Positions 20,162 to 30,984 of a DNA stretch of 64,000 nt are shown here, piece by piece. Where the stretch lies: positions 4,288,001 to 4,352,000 of the forward strand of contig OZ242029.1 of NCBI GenBank assembly GCA_965205015.1, given 5' to 3'. A model generated the notes under the pieces. The model worked only from the letters and a program-made list of their open reading frames with translations. It was not told the DNA's origin and ran no database searches. The stretch is from Candidatus Poribacteria bacterium. Lineage in GTDB: Bacteria > Poribacteria > WGA-4E > WGA-3G. Numbering within the stretch: the first letter of the stretch is position 1; each line of letters opens with the position of its first letter. The position numbers were made by a program, and so were the translations under genes.

Positions 20162-21103
20162 TTGGTCAAAAATTTGAGTATCCTAACCCATCTTGATTAT
20201 ACCCTCATGATTGTTGCCCTCGGTGCTGCCTTACTGGGTGCTGTGAGTGGTGCACTTGGGACCTATGCTGTTTTGCGCCGGCAAAGTCTCCTCGGCGATG
20301 CCATCTCACATGCCGCGTTGCCCGGTATTGCCATCGCATTTCTGCTGACGGGAAGCAAAACACCTCTGATTTTGGTCCTCGGTGCAGCAATCGCGGGCTG
20401 GCTCGGCACGCTGCTCATTTTGAGTATCGTGAGGTTGACGCGTATCAAATACGATAGTGCCCTTGGGATCATACTCTCTACCTTTTTCGGATTCGGTTTA
20501 GTGCTACATACACTGATTCAGCGGACCGGTAATGCAAATCAAGCAGGATTAGATACGTTTCTCTTCGGACAAGCCGCTACGATTCTGAAGAGCGATGTCT
20601 TAACCATAGGTATCCTCGGGGGCATTGCAATCGTCATCATGCTTGTCTTTTGGAAAGAGTTGAAGTTGCTGGTTTTCGATGAAGGTTTCGCTGCATCGCT
20701 TGGGTTCCCGATCCGTGCACTTGACATTCTGTTGACGAGTCTCCTTGTGATAGCAATCGTTCTCGGTTTACAAGCGGTGGGTGCTGTCCTGATGAGTGCG
20801 ATGTTGGTTGCACCGGCGGTCGCTGCACGGCAGTGGACGAATAAACTGAGCGTGATGATGTTTCTCGCTGCGTGCTTTGGAGCACTCGCAGGCGTGAGTG
20901 GAACCATTATCAGTAGTAGTGCTTCACGCATCCCGACGGGGCCAACGATTGTACTGTGTGCGACAGTTGGGGTCGGGTTCTCGATCGCTTTTGCCGCGAA
21001 TCGCGGACTTTTATGGGACTGGCTTCGGCACCAACGAAACAAACGGAGTCTAAAGATAGCAGCGGATCGGTTATTGAAGCATCCGCAACGTGGGAGCGAG
21101 TAG
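20162..21103 (+). CDS. troC: Metal ABC transporter permease
   Basis: VLRRQSLLGDAISHAALPG, FLFGQ, WKELKLLVFD, GLQAVG, PTGPTIV; start uncertain. Confidence 0.9.
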   Translation: MVKNLSILTHLDYTLMIVALGAALLGAVSGALGTYAVLRRQSLLGDAISHAALPGIAIAFLLTGSKTPLILVLGAAIAGWLGTLLILSIVRLTRIKYDSALGIILSTFFGFGLVLHTLIQRTGNANQAGLDTFLFGQAATILKSDVLTIGILGGIAIVIMLVFWKELKLLVFDEGFAASLGFPIRALDILLTSLLVIAIVLGLQAVGAVLMSAMLVAPAVAARQWTNKLSVMMFLAACFGALAGVSGTIISSSASRIPTGPTIVLCATVGVGFSIAFAANRGLLWDWLRHQRNKRSLKIAADRLLKHPQRGSE

Positions 21104-21105
21104 AC

Positions 21106-22215
21106 GTGATACAAGAGCATCTTGATATCCAGCTCATTGCGGTTATCACAGCGGTGGCTTGTGCTTTACCGGGCGTGTATCTGGTACTACGACGGATGAC
21201 TTTGATGAGCGATGCAATTAGCCACGCCATTCTCCCCGGTATTGTCCTCGCCTTTTTTCTCACGGAGAGTTTGTCCTCGCCCCTCCTAATTCTTGCCGCT
21301 GCGGGAACCGGTGTACTCACTGTCGTTTTCGTTGAATTGCTGCAACGGACGAAACTGGTGAAGGAGGATGCCGCGATTGGCTTGACGTTCCCCGCCCTTT
21401 TCAGCATCGGGGTGATCCTGATTTCCAGATTTGCAGGCGATGTTCACTTGGATATGGATGCCGTTCTCCTCGGTGAGCTCGCTTACGCGCCGCTTAACCG
21501 ATTAAATATTTTCGGACACGACTTTGGTCCTGTATCTGTCTATGTAATGGGAACAATTCTGCTGTTGAACCTCGCCTTTATTCTGTTATTTTACAAAGAG
21601 TTGAAGTTGGCAACCTTTGACGCGAGTTTAGCTGCCACGTTAGGGTTCGCGCCTACCCTGATTCACTATGGACTGATGACGCTGGTCTCCGTTACAACGG
21701 TCGGTGCATTTGACGCTGTTGGTTCGATATTAGTCGTTGCACTCATCGCTGGCCCGCCTGCTACTGCTTATCTTATCACAAACAAACTTTCGCTGATGCT
21801 CACCTTGAGCGCGATTATTGGGAGTGTGAACGCTGTCGGTGGCTATTGGCTCGCGTATCTTTTCGATGTATCTATTGCGGGGGCAATTGCGACAATGACG
21901 CTCCTTGTGTTCGGATTGATTTTCCTGGTTGTTCCGAATCGCGGCGTTATTGCTATCGCACGGAGGCGGACACGCCAAAAATGGGAGTTTGCCCAAACGA
22001 TGTTAGTCATTCACCTTTTTAATCACGAGGGACTCCCGGAAGCTGAGGCGGAGTCAGAGATAGCACACCTCCATGAGCATCTTCGCTGGGATCCCACATT
22101 CGCAACCCAAGTCGTAAAATATGCCCTGAACAACCGTTGTGTTTCTCAAGAGGAGACACAGTTGACACTGACAGAACGCGGACGTGCAGTAGCACAGCAA
22201 GCACTTGTGCAATAA
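21106..22215 (+). CDS. troD: Metal ABC transporter permease with C-terminal DtxR-like winged-helix extension
   Basis: LRRMTLMSDAISHAILPG, YKELKLATFD, AFDAVGSILVV; GTG 21106 just after the troC stop; tail ends LTLTERGRAVA. Confidence 0.88.
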   Translation: MIQEHLDIQLIAVITAVACALPGVYLVLRRMTLMSDAISHAILPGIVLAFFLTESLSSPLLILAAAGTGVLTVVFVELLQRTKLVKEDAAIGLTFPALFSIGVILISRFAGDVHLDMDAVLLGELAYAPLNRLNIFGHDFGPVSVYVMGTILLLNLAFILLFYKELKLATFDASLAATLGFAPTLIHYGLMTLVSVTTVGAFDAVGSILVVALIAGPPATAYLITNKLSLMLTLSAIIGSVNAVGGYWLAYLFDVSIAGAIATMTLLVFGLIFLVVPNRGVIAIARRRTRQKWEFAQTMLVIHLFNHEGLPEAEAESEIAHLHEHLRWDPTFATQVVKYALNNRCVSQEETQLTLTERGRAVAQQALVQ

Positions 22216-22253
22216 TCATGCTGCACGAATTGGACTTAAAAAAGTATAGGTTT

Positions 22254-22276
22254 GTAGTCGTGCGATTCATCGCACG
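22254..22276. repeat. GTAG-type REP palindrome, identical to 13929-13951
   Basis: gtagtcgtgcgattcatcgcacg. Confidence 0.8.
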
Positions 22277-22303
22277 TTGCATTTTGCAACAAAGGTTTAC
22301 AGT

Positions 22304-24607
22304 ATGAAAAATACAATACAGAAGTTTCTCATCTGTTTGCTCCTTCTCAATATGGTGTGGGGTGCAGGTGCCGATGAAACCGCACTCAAGAACCCAGATG
22401 GCTCTTGGAAATGGACGAATCGACTCATCCACGAAACCAGCCCCTATTTACGTCTCCATGCCCATAACCCTGTGGACTGGTATCCGTGGAACGATGAAGC
22501 ATTGGAGCGCGCAAAGAAAGAAAACAGGTTAATTTTTCTCTCTGTAGGATACTCCACGTGTTATTGGTGCCACGTCATGGAGCGGGAGGTCTTCTCAAAC
22601 CCAGAGATCGCTGCCATGATGAATAAAGATTTCATCAATATCAAAATTGATAGAGAAGAACGTCCGGATCTCGATGAAATTTATATGACGGCAACGCAGC
22701 TCCTGATTCAGCGCGGTGGGTGGCCCAACTCTGTTTTCCTCACGCCTGATTTAAAGCCGTTTTATGCTGGCACCTATTTCCCTCCTACGGATGTGCCCGG
22801 CAGACCCGGGTTTCCAACGATCCTGGATGCTGTGCAGGAAGCATGGGTAACGCGAGAGGTGGAAGTCATTGAATCGGCAAATCAGATTGCAGACACGATT
22901 GAATTGGCAACCAGTAGAGGGTTCACGGCACTCACCGCCACACCCCTGGATAGGTCTCTTACGACCGCTGCGTTGGACTATCTGCGGACGACTTATAGTC
23001 ACGCCTACGGTGGATTTGGGAGCGGACCGAAATTTCCAAGTCCTGCGAATCTTGAATTTTTGCTAAGTGAATACGAGCGGAAATCGGGGTTACAAACCCC
23101 TCCCACAGAAAATGAATCACTATTGAAGATGGTGACCTATACGCTCGATATGATGGCTTACGGTGGAATGTATGACCAGATCGGCGGTGGATTTCACCGG
23201 TATTCTGTTGATGAAAAGTGGCTGGTGCCGCACTTTGAGAAGATGCTTTATGACAATGCCCAATTGGCGAAAGTGTATCTCCAGGCACATCAAATAACAC
23301 AAGAACCTCGCTATCGGCGCATTGCTGAGGAGATCTTCAGTTTCATTTTCCGAGAGATGACGGCACCTGAAGGTGGATTCTATTCAGCGTTGGACGCTGA
23401 AACAGATGCTGAAGAGGGGAAATATTACGTCTGGACTGCCGATGAGATTCAGAAAATTCTTGGTAAAAAGGCAGCGGCGCGTTTCGCGGGTGTTTACGGT
23501 GTTGATAAAGGACCTAATTTTGAAGGGAAAAATGTACTCTATGTTCCTGAAGGCGCAGCGTCAGAGGATGCTCTCAAGGAAGTTGGATCTGCGCGAGCAA
23601 AACTTTTAGAAGCGCGCTTTGCGCGGGAATATCCGTTGCTGGACACAAAGATCATTGTCAATTGGAACGGTCTGATGATAGACGCTCTCGCTTATGGATA
23701 TCGGATACTTGGCGAGGAACGGTATCTGAGGGCTGCGTCAAAAGCTGCGCAGTTTATTCTTGATACCCTGAAGAAACCGAATGGTGAATTGTGCCATACT
23801 TATACGGCGGGTGTGGTGAAACAGGATGTCTATCTTGACGACTACGCCTTTTTTGTCCGGGGTTTGCTTGGGTTGTATCAGGCTACAGGAGAGGAACGGT
23901 GGTTAAATTCAGCGAAAACACTTACCGACGCGATGATTCAGCTTTTTTGGGACGACAAAAACGGAGGGTTCTACTACACGAAAGCAGATGCAAAACATCT
24001 TATTGTGCGAACCAAGAAACCTTATGACTCTGCCATTCCATCTGGTAATGCTGTTGCTGTAGGAAACCTGCTGGCATTTGGGACGGATTATCGGCGTTAT
24101 GCTGAAAAGACGTTGCAGAGTTTCGCGAAGTCTATGGCACAAAGTCCCTCGTCTTTCATGTATATGCATTTTGCCCTTAACGGCTATTTGGACGCAGGAG
24201 AAAGGCTCAGTTCTGGCACCTCGCTCGTCAGTGCAACTGCTGAAATTAAATCCCAAAGGGACGGGGTACTTAATGTGATGCTTCAACTTGATATTGCTGC
24301 AGGATGGCACGTGAACGCGAACCCCGCGGGTCAAGATAATTTAATTCCAACAACTGTTACGGTGAATGCTGATGCCTCGTTTGAAATTCTTGATGTAGCG
24401 TATCCGAAAGGAAAATCAGCGCACTTTGAATTTAGTGATGAATCTGTGAATGTTTATGAAGGAAAACTGACGATCCCGCTAAAGCTAAAGCAGAAATCGA
24501 ACCGTAAGAAGAACGCCCGAGTCACTCTGAAACTCAGCTACCAGCCTTGTAGTGAGACGGAGTGTTTGTTACCACAGACATTGGATATTCCATTAGACTT
24601 ACCTTAG
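22304..24607 (+). CDS. YyaL/SPATA20-like thioredoxin plus (alpha/alpha)6 protein with C-terminal DsbD N-terminal-like domain, exported
   Basis: Signal peptide; [69 protein letters not shown]; tail GWHVNANP...[12 protein letters not shown]. Confidence 0.9.
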   Translation: MKNTIQKFLICLLLLNMVWGAGADETALKNPDGSWKWTNRLIHETSPYLRLHAHNPVDWYPWNDEALERAKKENRLIFLSVGYSTCYWCHVMEREVFSNPEIAAMMNKDFINIKIDREERPDLDEIYMTATQLLIQRGGWPNSVFLTPDLKPFYAGTYFPPTDVPGRPGFPTILDAVQEAWVTREVEVIESANQIADTIELATSRGFTALTATPLDRSLTTAALDYLRTTYSHAYGGFGSGPKFPSPANLEFLLSEYERKSGLQTPPTENESLLKMVTYTLDMMAYGGMYDQIGGGFHRYSVDEKWLVPHFEKMLYDNAQLAKVYLQAHQITQEPRYRRIAEEIFSFIFREMTAPEGGFYSALDAETDAEEGKYYVWTADEIQKILGKKAAARFAGVYGVDKGPNFEGKNVLYVPEGAASEDALKEVGSARAKLLEARFAREYPLLDTKIIVNWNGLMIDALAYGYRILGEERYLRAASKAAQFILDTLKKPNGELCHTYTAGVVKQDVYLDDYAFFVRGLLGLYQATGEERWLNSAKTLTDAMIQLFWDDKNGGFYYTKADAKHLIVRTKKPYDSAIPSGNAVAVGNLLAFGTDYRRYAEKTLQSFAKSMAQSPSSFMYMHFALNGYLDAGERLSSGTSLVSATAEIKSQRDGVLNVMLQLDIAAGWHVNANPAGQDNLIPTTVTVNADASFEILDVAYPKGKSAHFEFSDESVNVYEGKLTIPLKLKQKSNRKKNARVTLKLSYQPCSETECLLPQTLDIPLDLP

Positions 24608-24676
24608 TTTGTACGCTTATGATTGTGCAGATTCCGCTCAATGGGCGTGCTTTCTGACGCTCACTTTGCGATTTCT

Positions 24677-24705
24677 TTGACAATCGGACGTTTGTCTGAT
24701 ACAAT
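24677..24705 (+). promoter_or_regulatory. Sigma70-type promoter
   Basis: TTGACA-N17-TACAAT with extended -10 TG. Confidence 0.65.
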
Positions 24706-24773
24706 TAAGTTAATACCTTTTTTATAAACCTATCCGAATCGCTAATGCAACCTAACCTTAGGAGATCCCTTAA

Positions 24774-25604
24774 GTGAAAACAGTTATTTCGATCTATACC
24801 ACAATATTTTTCTTAGCGATGACATCTGTTGTCGCATTCGCCAATGTTGTTGAGGATCCTGTACTCTATCTCAATGCTGCTGACAACCCTGCGCATCCGA
24901 AGGCATGGGAAAATCTCGGTACTGAAGGCGGGGAATTGCTCGTCGCAGATAAACCCATGGAACTCGAAGAAGGCGAAATTAAAATTCCCGCCCTCGGTAT
25001 CAATGAACCAAACGCAAAGTATTACACAACCAAAGAATCCCATTCAACCTTTGGCGGTCCACCTGGAAAAAATACCCCGATATTTCTTCAGGACTGGACC
25101 TTGGAGTTCCTCTGTCGGCGCAATGGCGATTTTTTTGTCGAGGAGCATCACTTCGCTGGTTTCCAGAACAGTCCAAGAGAAGGCAAGCAGGGGATTCGGC
25201 TTTGGATAGTCGGTGGTCAGAACTTGGACGCCTCCATTCATGCCGGCGGTGCTAAACAGGGTGTTCAAACGCTTAACATCAAACTTGAAGAAGGCGTTTG
25301 GACCTGGATAGCAGTCGTCGGTACGAATGATAAGTCAATTGTTGCGTATCAAGATGGAAAAGAGGTCAGCAAACAAGCCGGTTTTGAATTCGATAAGAAA
25401 TTACCCATAAACGACATTTCAATCGGTGCAAATTCCTTTGATGAACGCCGTCGAACTTTCAACGGATCGTTCGCAATCGTCCGCGCTTATGATAAAGCAC
25501 TGACTGAAGCGGAGATTAACCAAAACATTTCTGGCGCATTCGCTGTCGATCCGGCGGACAAACTCCCAACGGTTTGGGCTAAAGTAAAACGCGGCTATGA
25601 ATAA
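24774..25604 (+). CDS. Secreted LamG-like protein with C-terminal VDP..KLPTVW..K tail
   Basis: AGGAG RBS; signal peptide; WTWIAVV, AYQDGKEV, FNGSFAIVRAYDKALTEAEI. Confidence 0.8.
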   Translation: MKTVISIYTTIFFLAMTSVVAFANVVEDPVLYLNAADNPAHPKAWENLGTEGGELLVADKPMELEEGEIKIPALGINEPNAKYYTTKESHSTFGGPPGKNTPIFLQDWTLEFLCRRNGDFFVEEHHFAGFQNSPREGKQGIRLWIVGGQNLDASIHAGGAKQGVQTLNIKLEEGVWTWIAVVGTNDKSIVAYQDGKEVSKQAGFEFDKKLPINDISIGANSFDERRRTFNGSFAIVRAYDKALTEAEINQNISGAFAVDPADKLPTVWAKVKRGYE

Positions 25605-25710
25605 TAGCACACATATACCTCTGGGTCGCGATTCCTTTCTCTCCGCAAAGCTTTTGTGGAAGTTACCGCTGGGTCGCGACCCTTTCTTCTTTTATGACGG
25701 TGAGTTTGGG

Positions 25711-25820
25711 GGTACCCACAAGGGGCACCCCTACAAGATGTCCACATCCAATCGTGCCGACGCGTCCCCAAACCCCTGACCAAGGTACCCACAAGGGGCA
25801 CCCCTACAAGATGTCCACAT
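25711..25820 (-). repeat. Two identical 37-bp REP-containing direct repeats 36 bp apart
   Basis: ggtacccacaaggggcacccctacaagatgtccacat at 25711-47 and 25784-820; minus strand reads GTAGGGGTGCCCCTTGTGGGTACC. Confidence 0.8.
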
Positions 25821-25851
25821 ATTTTGATAATTCACCACAGTATTGACGCTT

Positions 25852-27264
25852 ATGGAAACAGAAATGTCTGGACCGCATCCTATTCCTCCGTCCCAATACC
25901 TTGTCTTGGATGATCGCATCATTGAAGGGGTTGTCGGGGCAAAACTTACCCTTGGCGAGATTACGAAGCATCCCCAAAATCCCCTTTTTGGTGAGGATAA
26001 ACCGTGGGAACCGCGTTTCGACAACGTCTATGCCAACGTCATCTATGATGTAGAGGACAAACTCTACAAATGTTGGTACAATCCATTTATCATAGATGAA
26101 CGGGTGACGCACACACCACCCGAGAAACGGCACCCTGATTGGTGCAGTTATATGGATGTGAAACCAAGTGGGCGGGAGATGGGGCTCTGTTATGCTTCCT
26201 CGTCAGATGGTATCCATTGGGAGAAACCTGATCTTGGGCTCGTTGCGTTCGATGGCAACAGGCGTAACAACATTCTGATGCGCCGCGTGAATGGAGCCGG
26301 CGTTTTCAAGGATGGACGTGAAATCGATCCAGCGAAACGCTATAAGATGTTCTTCTGTGGAGAGCCCCAAATGACGGTCGCGTTCTCTTCAGATGGATTG
26401 CGCTGGGGTGAACCTCTTCCAATTCCACAAATTGAGGCACACGGCACGCATCCGAACGCGTTTTGGGCGGAGACATTGGGCAGATACGTCGGTATCACCC
26501 GTCAGCATGCTCGTAATATTCGCCTCGTCACACGAGCCGAGTCTTCTGACTTTGTACACTGGACACCAGACGAATCTATCCTTGAAGGTCCCAGTCCGCG
26601 TCTACAAATGCATGATATGATCGTGTTTCCAACGTGTGGAATCTATATTGGACTGCTCGGTATGATGGTGTATCCAGAGGACTCCGACATTGATGTCAAA
26701 CAGCATGTGGAATTGGCTTGGAGTCCGGACACCGTCCAGTGGCACCGCATACAGGAAGGGATTCCATTTATGGGGCATACCCCATCGGAAACAGAACGTT
26801 ATGGGGAGACACCTTACGATTGGGGGACGATCTTCCCCTCTGCCCCGATTTTCTTTGACGATGAGATTCGCATCTACTACGGTGCTGGAGATGGCTACTT
26901 TTTCAACTGGCGTAACGGCTACCTCGCACTCGCAACGCTTCGTCCGGACGGTTGGGCAGGCTACGAACCAACCGCAACTGACAGACCCGCTGTTATAACG
27001 ACCCAACCCTTAACCTTTCATGGGACATCGGTAGGCATAACGGCAGATGTATCCGATGGTGGTTCTGTACGCGTAGCGATTCTGGATAAGGTAGGTAACC
27101 AAATTGTCAGTAGTCAACCGATTCATTCGACTGTTACAAATTTCCGTGTCCAATGGGAGCTAAATCAAGATTTAGCGGATTTGAGAAACAAAGAAATTCG
27201 GTTAAGATTCCAGTTGCATAACGCAAAACTCTATGCTTTCCAGTTTCTGATGGAGCGTAGGTAA
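25852..27264 (+). CDS. Five-bladed beta-propeller glycoside hydrolase-like protein (GH32/GH43/GH130-like)
   Basis: NPLFGEDKPWE, CYASSSDGIHWEKP, AFSSDGLRW, SSDFVHW, IRIYYG, LATLRPDGW; start uncertain (25843-25864). Confidence 0.7.
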   Translation: METEMSGPHPIPPSQYLVLDDRIIEGVVGAKLTLGEITKHPQNPLFGEDKPWEPRFDNVYANVIYDVEDKLYKCWYNPFIIDERVTHTPPEKRHPDWCSYMDVKPSGREMGLCYASSSDGIHWEKPDLGLVAFDGNRRNNILMRRVNGAGVFKDGREIDPAKRYKMFFCGEPQMTVAFSSDGLRWGEPLPIPQIEAHGTHPNAFWAETLGRYVGITRQHARNIRLVTRAESSDFVHWTPDESILEGPSPRLQMHDMIVFPTCGIYIGLLGMMVYPEDSDIDVKQHVELAWSPDTVQWHRIQEGIPFMGHTPSETERYGETPYDWGTIFPSAPIFFDDEIRIYYGAGDGYFFNWRNGYLALATLRPDGWAGYEPTATDRPAVITTQPLTFHGTSVGITADVSDGGSVRVAILDKVGNQIVSSQPIHSTVTNFRVQWELNQDLADLRNKEIRLRFQLHNAKLYAFQFLMERR

Positions 27265-27293
27265 TTCCTGTTTATCGACGGTGCCTTCCGTTC

Positions 27294-28484
27294 CTACAAC
27301 GCATCGGTGTGTGCTCGAATCTTCTGGAACGCGTCTAAAATCTGTTGCATATCGTCTGTATCTCCCAGAAACATGGAATGTGTGAAACTACAGACCTCTT
27401 CTCTATAGACTCTTTCTGCGTTCGGGCAGTTGAGTGTGCTGTAATCGATCGCCTGATCTCCGAGGTATTTGCGCGGTAATCCGAGCTGATCAAACAGTTC
27501 GGGATTCCCGAAAGGACCTTCGTTGTAGATAGGTTCACCGTGCGCACCGACACCACACGAAACACCTTCTGCGCGGAGTGCTTCTAAGAATCGGTCGCGT
27601 GAAACACCACCGAACTCCTCAGACACAAACCGGAAATCCCAATAGTAGAAGCACCAACGTGTGACGCGCGTATCACGCGGAATAGGGTGGAGTCCATCAA
27701 TCGCTTCCATGCCCTTGGAAAGGTATGCGATATTTCGTTCGCGCGTCTCTACCTGCTCTTCAAACCGTTCCAGTTGATTCAGTAAGAGTGTCGCTTGGAA
27801 GTTGGTCATCCGCATGTTCAGTTGTGCGAATTGACCTGCCTTTTCTGCCAATGTTTCATCGTTTGTCAGTACCATTCCACCTTCGCCGCAGGTGAGTGTT
27901 TTTCCCATCTGGAAGCTAAATGCGCCGAGATGTCCGATTGAACCTAACCCTTTTCCACGCCACTGCGAACCGTGGGCATGTGCACAGTCCTCAATCACTT
28001 TCAGATTGTGTCTTTCAGCGATCTCCATGATTGTGTCCATATCCGCAGGATAACCCCCGTTATGCACGGGGATAATCGCTCGCGTTCGGGGTGTAATGGC
28101 TTTTTCAATCGCATCGGGTGCGATGTTATAGGTGAGTGGGTCGATGTCAACAATGACTGGCACGGCATTGACACAGACAACCGATGTCCCTGTCGCCACG
28201 AATGTCAATGCTGGAACGATGACCTCATCACCCGCAGTGATGCCGGCAGCCTTCAACGCGCATTGTAACGCTACTGTGCCATTTGCGAGTGGGATGCCGT
28301 ATTTCGCGTCCTGAAATGCTGCGAATTTTTCACCGACTTCATCGACTTTCTCGCGTCGGTTCCACGCGCCGCTCCGTAAAGTCTCTAAAAGTGCGTTTTC
28401 TTCGGTTTCATCATAGATGGGCCAGCTTTTCCCTAAACTGCTTTTAACGATCGGTTCGCCGCCATTGAGTGCTAACTTTGCCAT
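27294..28484 (-). CDS. DegT/DnrJ/EryC1/StrS family PLP aminotransferase
   Basis: NGTVAL, GDEVIVPALTFVAT, IEDCAHAHG, FSFQMGKTLTCGEGG. Confidence 0.92.
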   Translation of the reverse strand: MAKLALNGGEPIVKSSLGKSWPIYDETEENALLETLRSGAWNRREKVDEVGEKFAAFQDAKYGIPLANGTVALQCALKAAGITAGDEVIVPALTFVATGTSVVCVNAVPVIVDIDPLTYNIAPDAIEKAITPRTRAIIPVHNGGYPADMDTIMEIAERHNLKVIEDCAHAHGSQWRGKGLGSIGHLGAFSFQMGKTLTCGEGGMVLTNDETLAEKAGQFAQLNMRMTNFQATLLLNQLERFEEQVETRERNIAYLSKGMEAIDGLHPIPRDTRVTRWCFYYWDFRFVSEEFGGVSRDRFLEALRAEGVSCGVGAHGEPIYNEGPFGNPELFDQLGLPRKYLGDQAIDYSTLNCPNAERVYREEVCSFTHSMFLGDTDDMQQILDAFQKIRAHTDAL

Positions 28485-28507
28485 ATCTCTGTCCCCCTTG
28501 CGATCTG

Positions 28508-28532
28508 CTGTAGGAGGGGTTTGTAACCCCGA
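28508..28532. repeat. GTAG-type REP palindrome; near-identical copy inside the CDS at 23084-23108
   Basis: ctgtaggaggggtttgtaaccccga. Confidence 0.75.
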
Positions 28533-28688
28533 CTTCCCCTGATATAGATAGTTCGATTTTAGCAGGGCATTCTTTTTTCGTCAACTTCTTTAGTTTCCTT
28601 TGTATCATAGTGTTTGTAGTATTCTTCTTGCAGATTTCGCCAGAATTCGCTATAGTAATCTTCAGAACCCCGAAGCAGTGTGTGAACT

Positions 28689-29600
28689 ATGGAATCAGTA
28701 AATCGGACTCCCACGGCAATAGATGGAATCACGGTAGGGCATGCTACCAATTTAACTGCTCGAACAGGGTGTACGGTTATCCTCTGTCCAGCGGGAGCGA
28801 CCGCGGGCGTTGATGTACGCGGGGCTGCACCCGGCACACGGGAGACGGAAGCGCTCCGTCCGGGACGTTTGGTCCAAAAAGCACACGCTGTGCTCCTGAC
28901 GGGTGGAAGCGCCTTCGGATTAGATGCTGCGGGGGGTGTCGTCCAGTATCTTGAGGAACAAAACGTCGGTTTTCCTGCTGGTCCCGTTCGCGTGCCGATC
29001 GTTCCAGCGGCTGTTATTTTCGATCTTGGAGTTGGCGACGCGAACGTCCGTCCTGATAGAGAGATGGGGTATCAAGCATGCCTGAACGCCACGAATGGAC
29101 CTGTAGCGATGGGAACTGTTGGTGCCGGCATAGGGGCAACAGTGGGTAAAGCACCGGGTGTTATATCTTCTCCGGGGGGTGTCGGTTCAGCGTGTATGCG
29201 TCTTGACTCTGGTTTAATTGTTGCGGCAATTGTGGTTGTGAATGCACTTGGGAATGTCGTGCATCCGAAGACGGGTGAGATTCTCGCCGGTGGAAAGGAA
29301 GACGGTGCTTTCGTAAACATCACGGAACGACTCTTGGACGCAGATTTAGTGCCAGGAACCAACACGACTATCGGTGTTGTGGCTACAAATGGGATGCTTT
29401 CTCCAGCAGAGGTCCACCGGGTCGCAGAGATGGCACACGATGGGATGGCGCGAGCGATTCGTCCCGCGCATACGATGTTCGATGGGGATACGCTTTTTGC
29501 GCTTGCCACAGGATCGCACACTGGAAGTGGTGTAAATACTGTCGGTATTCTCGCAGCGGAAGTTGTTGCTGAAGCAATTGTTAACGCCGTGACCGTTTAA
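28689..29600 (+). CDS. Peptidase S58 / P1 (DmpA-like aminopeptidase)
   Basis: GITVGH, VDVRGAAPGTRET, LTGGSAFGL, NTTIGVVATN, AHDGMARAIRPAHTMFDGDT. Confidence 0.92.
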   Translation: MESVNRTPTAIDGITVGHATNLTARTGCTVILCPAGATAGVDVRGAAPGTRETEALRPGRLVQKAHAVLLTGGSAFGLDAAGGVVQYLEEQNVGFPAGPVRVPIVPAAVIFDLGVGDANVRPDREMGYQACLNATNGPVAMGTVGAGIGATVGKAPGVISSPGGVGSACMRLDSGLIVAAIVVVNALGNVVHPKTGEILAGGKEDGAFVNITERLLDADLVPGTNTTIGVVATNGMLSPAEVHRVAEMAHDGMARAIRPAHTMFDGDTLFALATGSHTGSGVNTVGILAAEVVAEAIVNAVTV

Positions 29601-30970
29601 ATGGGGTGTCCCTGCATTGCTACTGGAATGTCGATATCAAACTCATTGAGAACCGTTGGAGCAATGTCGTATAAACTCTTGGAGGAGACAGCTCCCTGTG
29701 CTTGTTCTCCATTTTTTAGAATGAACATGCCCATCTCGGCATGGTTACAATCATCAGGACCCGTGTCGTTCTCGTAGGTATAGATGCTGTTATATCCCAC
29801 GCTGCCGACCGAACGCCAGAAGAGATTACCGAAATAGACGATGAGATCCGGCGGAATGTTTCGGCATGCCCGGTAAACCTCTTCGGGTTTGAAAACGCGT
29901 GTGCCGATGTTAACCCCCGCCTCGTCTACAATTGCTTCAAGGTGTGCCTTCAATTCATCACGGACGTTTTCATAGTCTCCTGCCCTAACAGTTCCGTGCG
30001 GTTCCCTGTCTTCAACGTTTATGAAAATCCGCCCGTAATATCCACCTTCACCCCACACCTTTGTTTTTTCCCAGTCCACTAAGTCCGCTGTCCATCGCGT
30101 AATTCCCCGCGGTTCGATTTTAAGCGTCAGGTACCCGTGTTGTCGGAGCCATTCATTGACACAGATACCGCCATCCATCCGTTTTGCCCCGTGATCGGAG
30201 ACGACCATGATCGTAGTGTCCTCGTCTACACACGCTAACGTCTCCCCGAGTTCGGCATCGAGGGCGCGATAATAGTTCCGCATCGTCTCCGAGAAAGGCG
30301 AGTTCGGTTCATACTTCGGATGCGTTTTATCCCAAAACCGCCAGAAAGCGTGATGGAGCCGATCCGACCCCATTTCAACCATCGTAAAGAGGTCCCAATC
30401 CTTTGTCTCAAGCAGATAGCGGGCAAGTTTGAAACGTTCGGCGGTCATTTTGAGGAGTTGTTGCTCCAGTTCGGCGCGCCGATCCGTCCGGAAATTAGGT
30501 ATATCAATCATGTAATCGCTTGCGACTTGTGCGATTTCCCGTGTCAGGCGCCGTGGGAAGGTCCATTGTGAATTAAGATTGGGGGTGAGAAAACTGGTGA
30601 CCATCCATCCGGGAAAGGGTTTCGCAGGATAGGTGAGTGGCACTCCCAAAACGACCGATTTCTTTCCTGCTTGCCCTAACAGATCCCAGAGCGTTGGCAC
30701 TTTGACTGCGTGTGCGTTGGCGATGGTCATCGCATCGTAAGAATAGTTCTTGCGGTTGCGAAACCCGTAGATGCCGAGTTCACCCGGATCGCGGCTGGTC
30801 ATCATGCACATCCACGCCGGCACGGTGATCGGGGGAATCGTGCTTTCCAGTTCACCATAGATGCCTTCTTCCATCAAACGGCGCGTATTGGGCATGTCGG
30901 CTTTAAAAGCGTCAAAGACCAGTTCAGGCGCGGCACAATCCCAACCGATAATGAGTACACGTTTTCTCAT
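29597..30970 (-). CDS. Alkaline phosphatase superfamily phosphodiesterase / nucleotide pyrophosphatase
   Basis: IIGWDCA, STIPPITVPAW, DRLHH, VVSDHG, DCNH. Confidence 0.88.
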   Translation of the reverse strand: MRKRVLIIGWDCAAPELVFDAFKADMPNTRRLMEEGIYGELESTIPPITVPAWMCMMTSRDPGELGIYGFRNRKNYSYDAMTIANAHAVKVPTLWDLLGQAGKKSVVLGVPLTYPAKPFPGWMVTSFLTPNLNSQWTFPRRLTREIAQVASDYMIDIPNFRTDRRAELEQQLLKMTAERFKLARYLLETKDWDLFTMVEMGSDRLHHAFWRFWDKTHPKYEPNSPFSETMRNYYRALDAELGETLACVDEDTTIMVVSDHGAKRMDGGICVNEWLRQHGYLTLKIEPRGITRWTADLVDWEKTKVWGEGGYYGRIFINVEDREPHGTVRAGDYENVRDELKAHLEAIVDEAGVNIGTRVFKPEEVYRACRNIPPDLIVYFGNLFWRSVGSVGYNSIYTYENDTGPDDCNHAEMGMFILKNGEQAQGAVSSKSLYDIAPTVLNEFDIDIPVAMQGHPI

Positions 30971-30984
30971 ATTTTCATTTTAAA

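Noticed and set aside
22555-22575. CYWCH in the YyaL-like protein as a heme-binding CxxCH
   Set aside because: It is the conserved thioredoxin-like CxxC of this family.
25711-25820. 37-bp repeat, 36-bp spacer, 37-bp repeat resembling a minimal CRISPR array
   Set aside because: Only two units, no cas genes, and the repeat is a GTAG-hairpin REP on the minus strand like others in the window.
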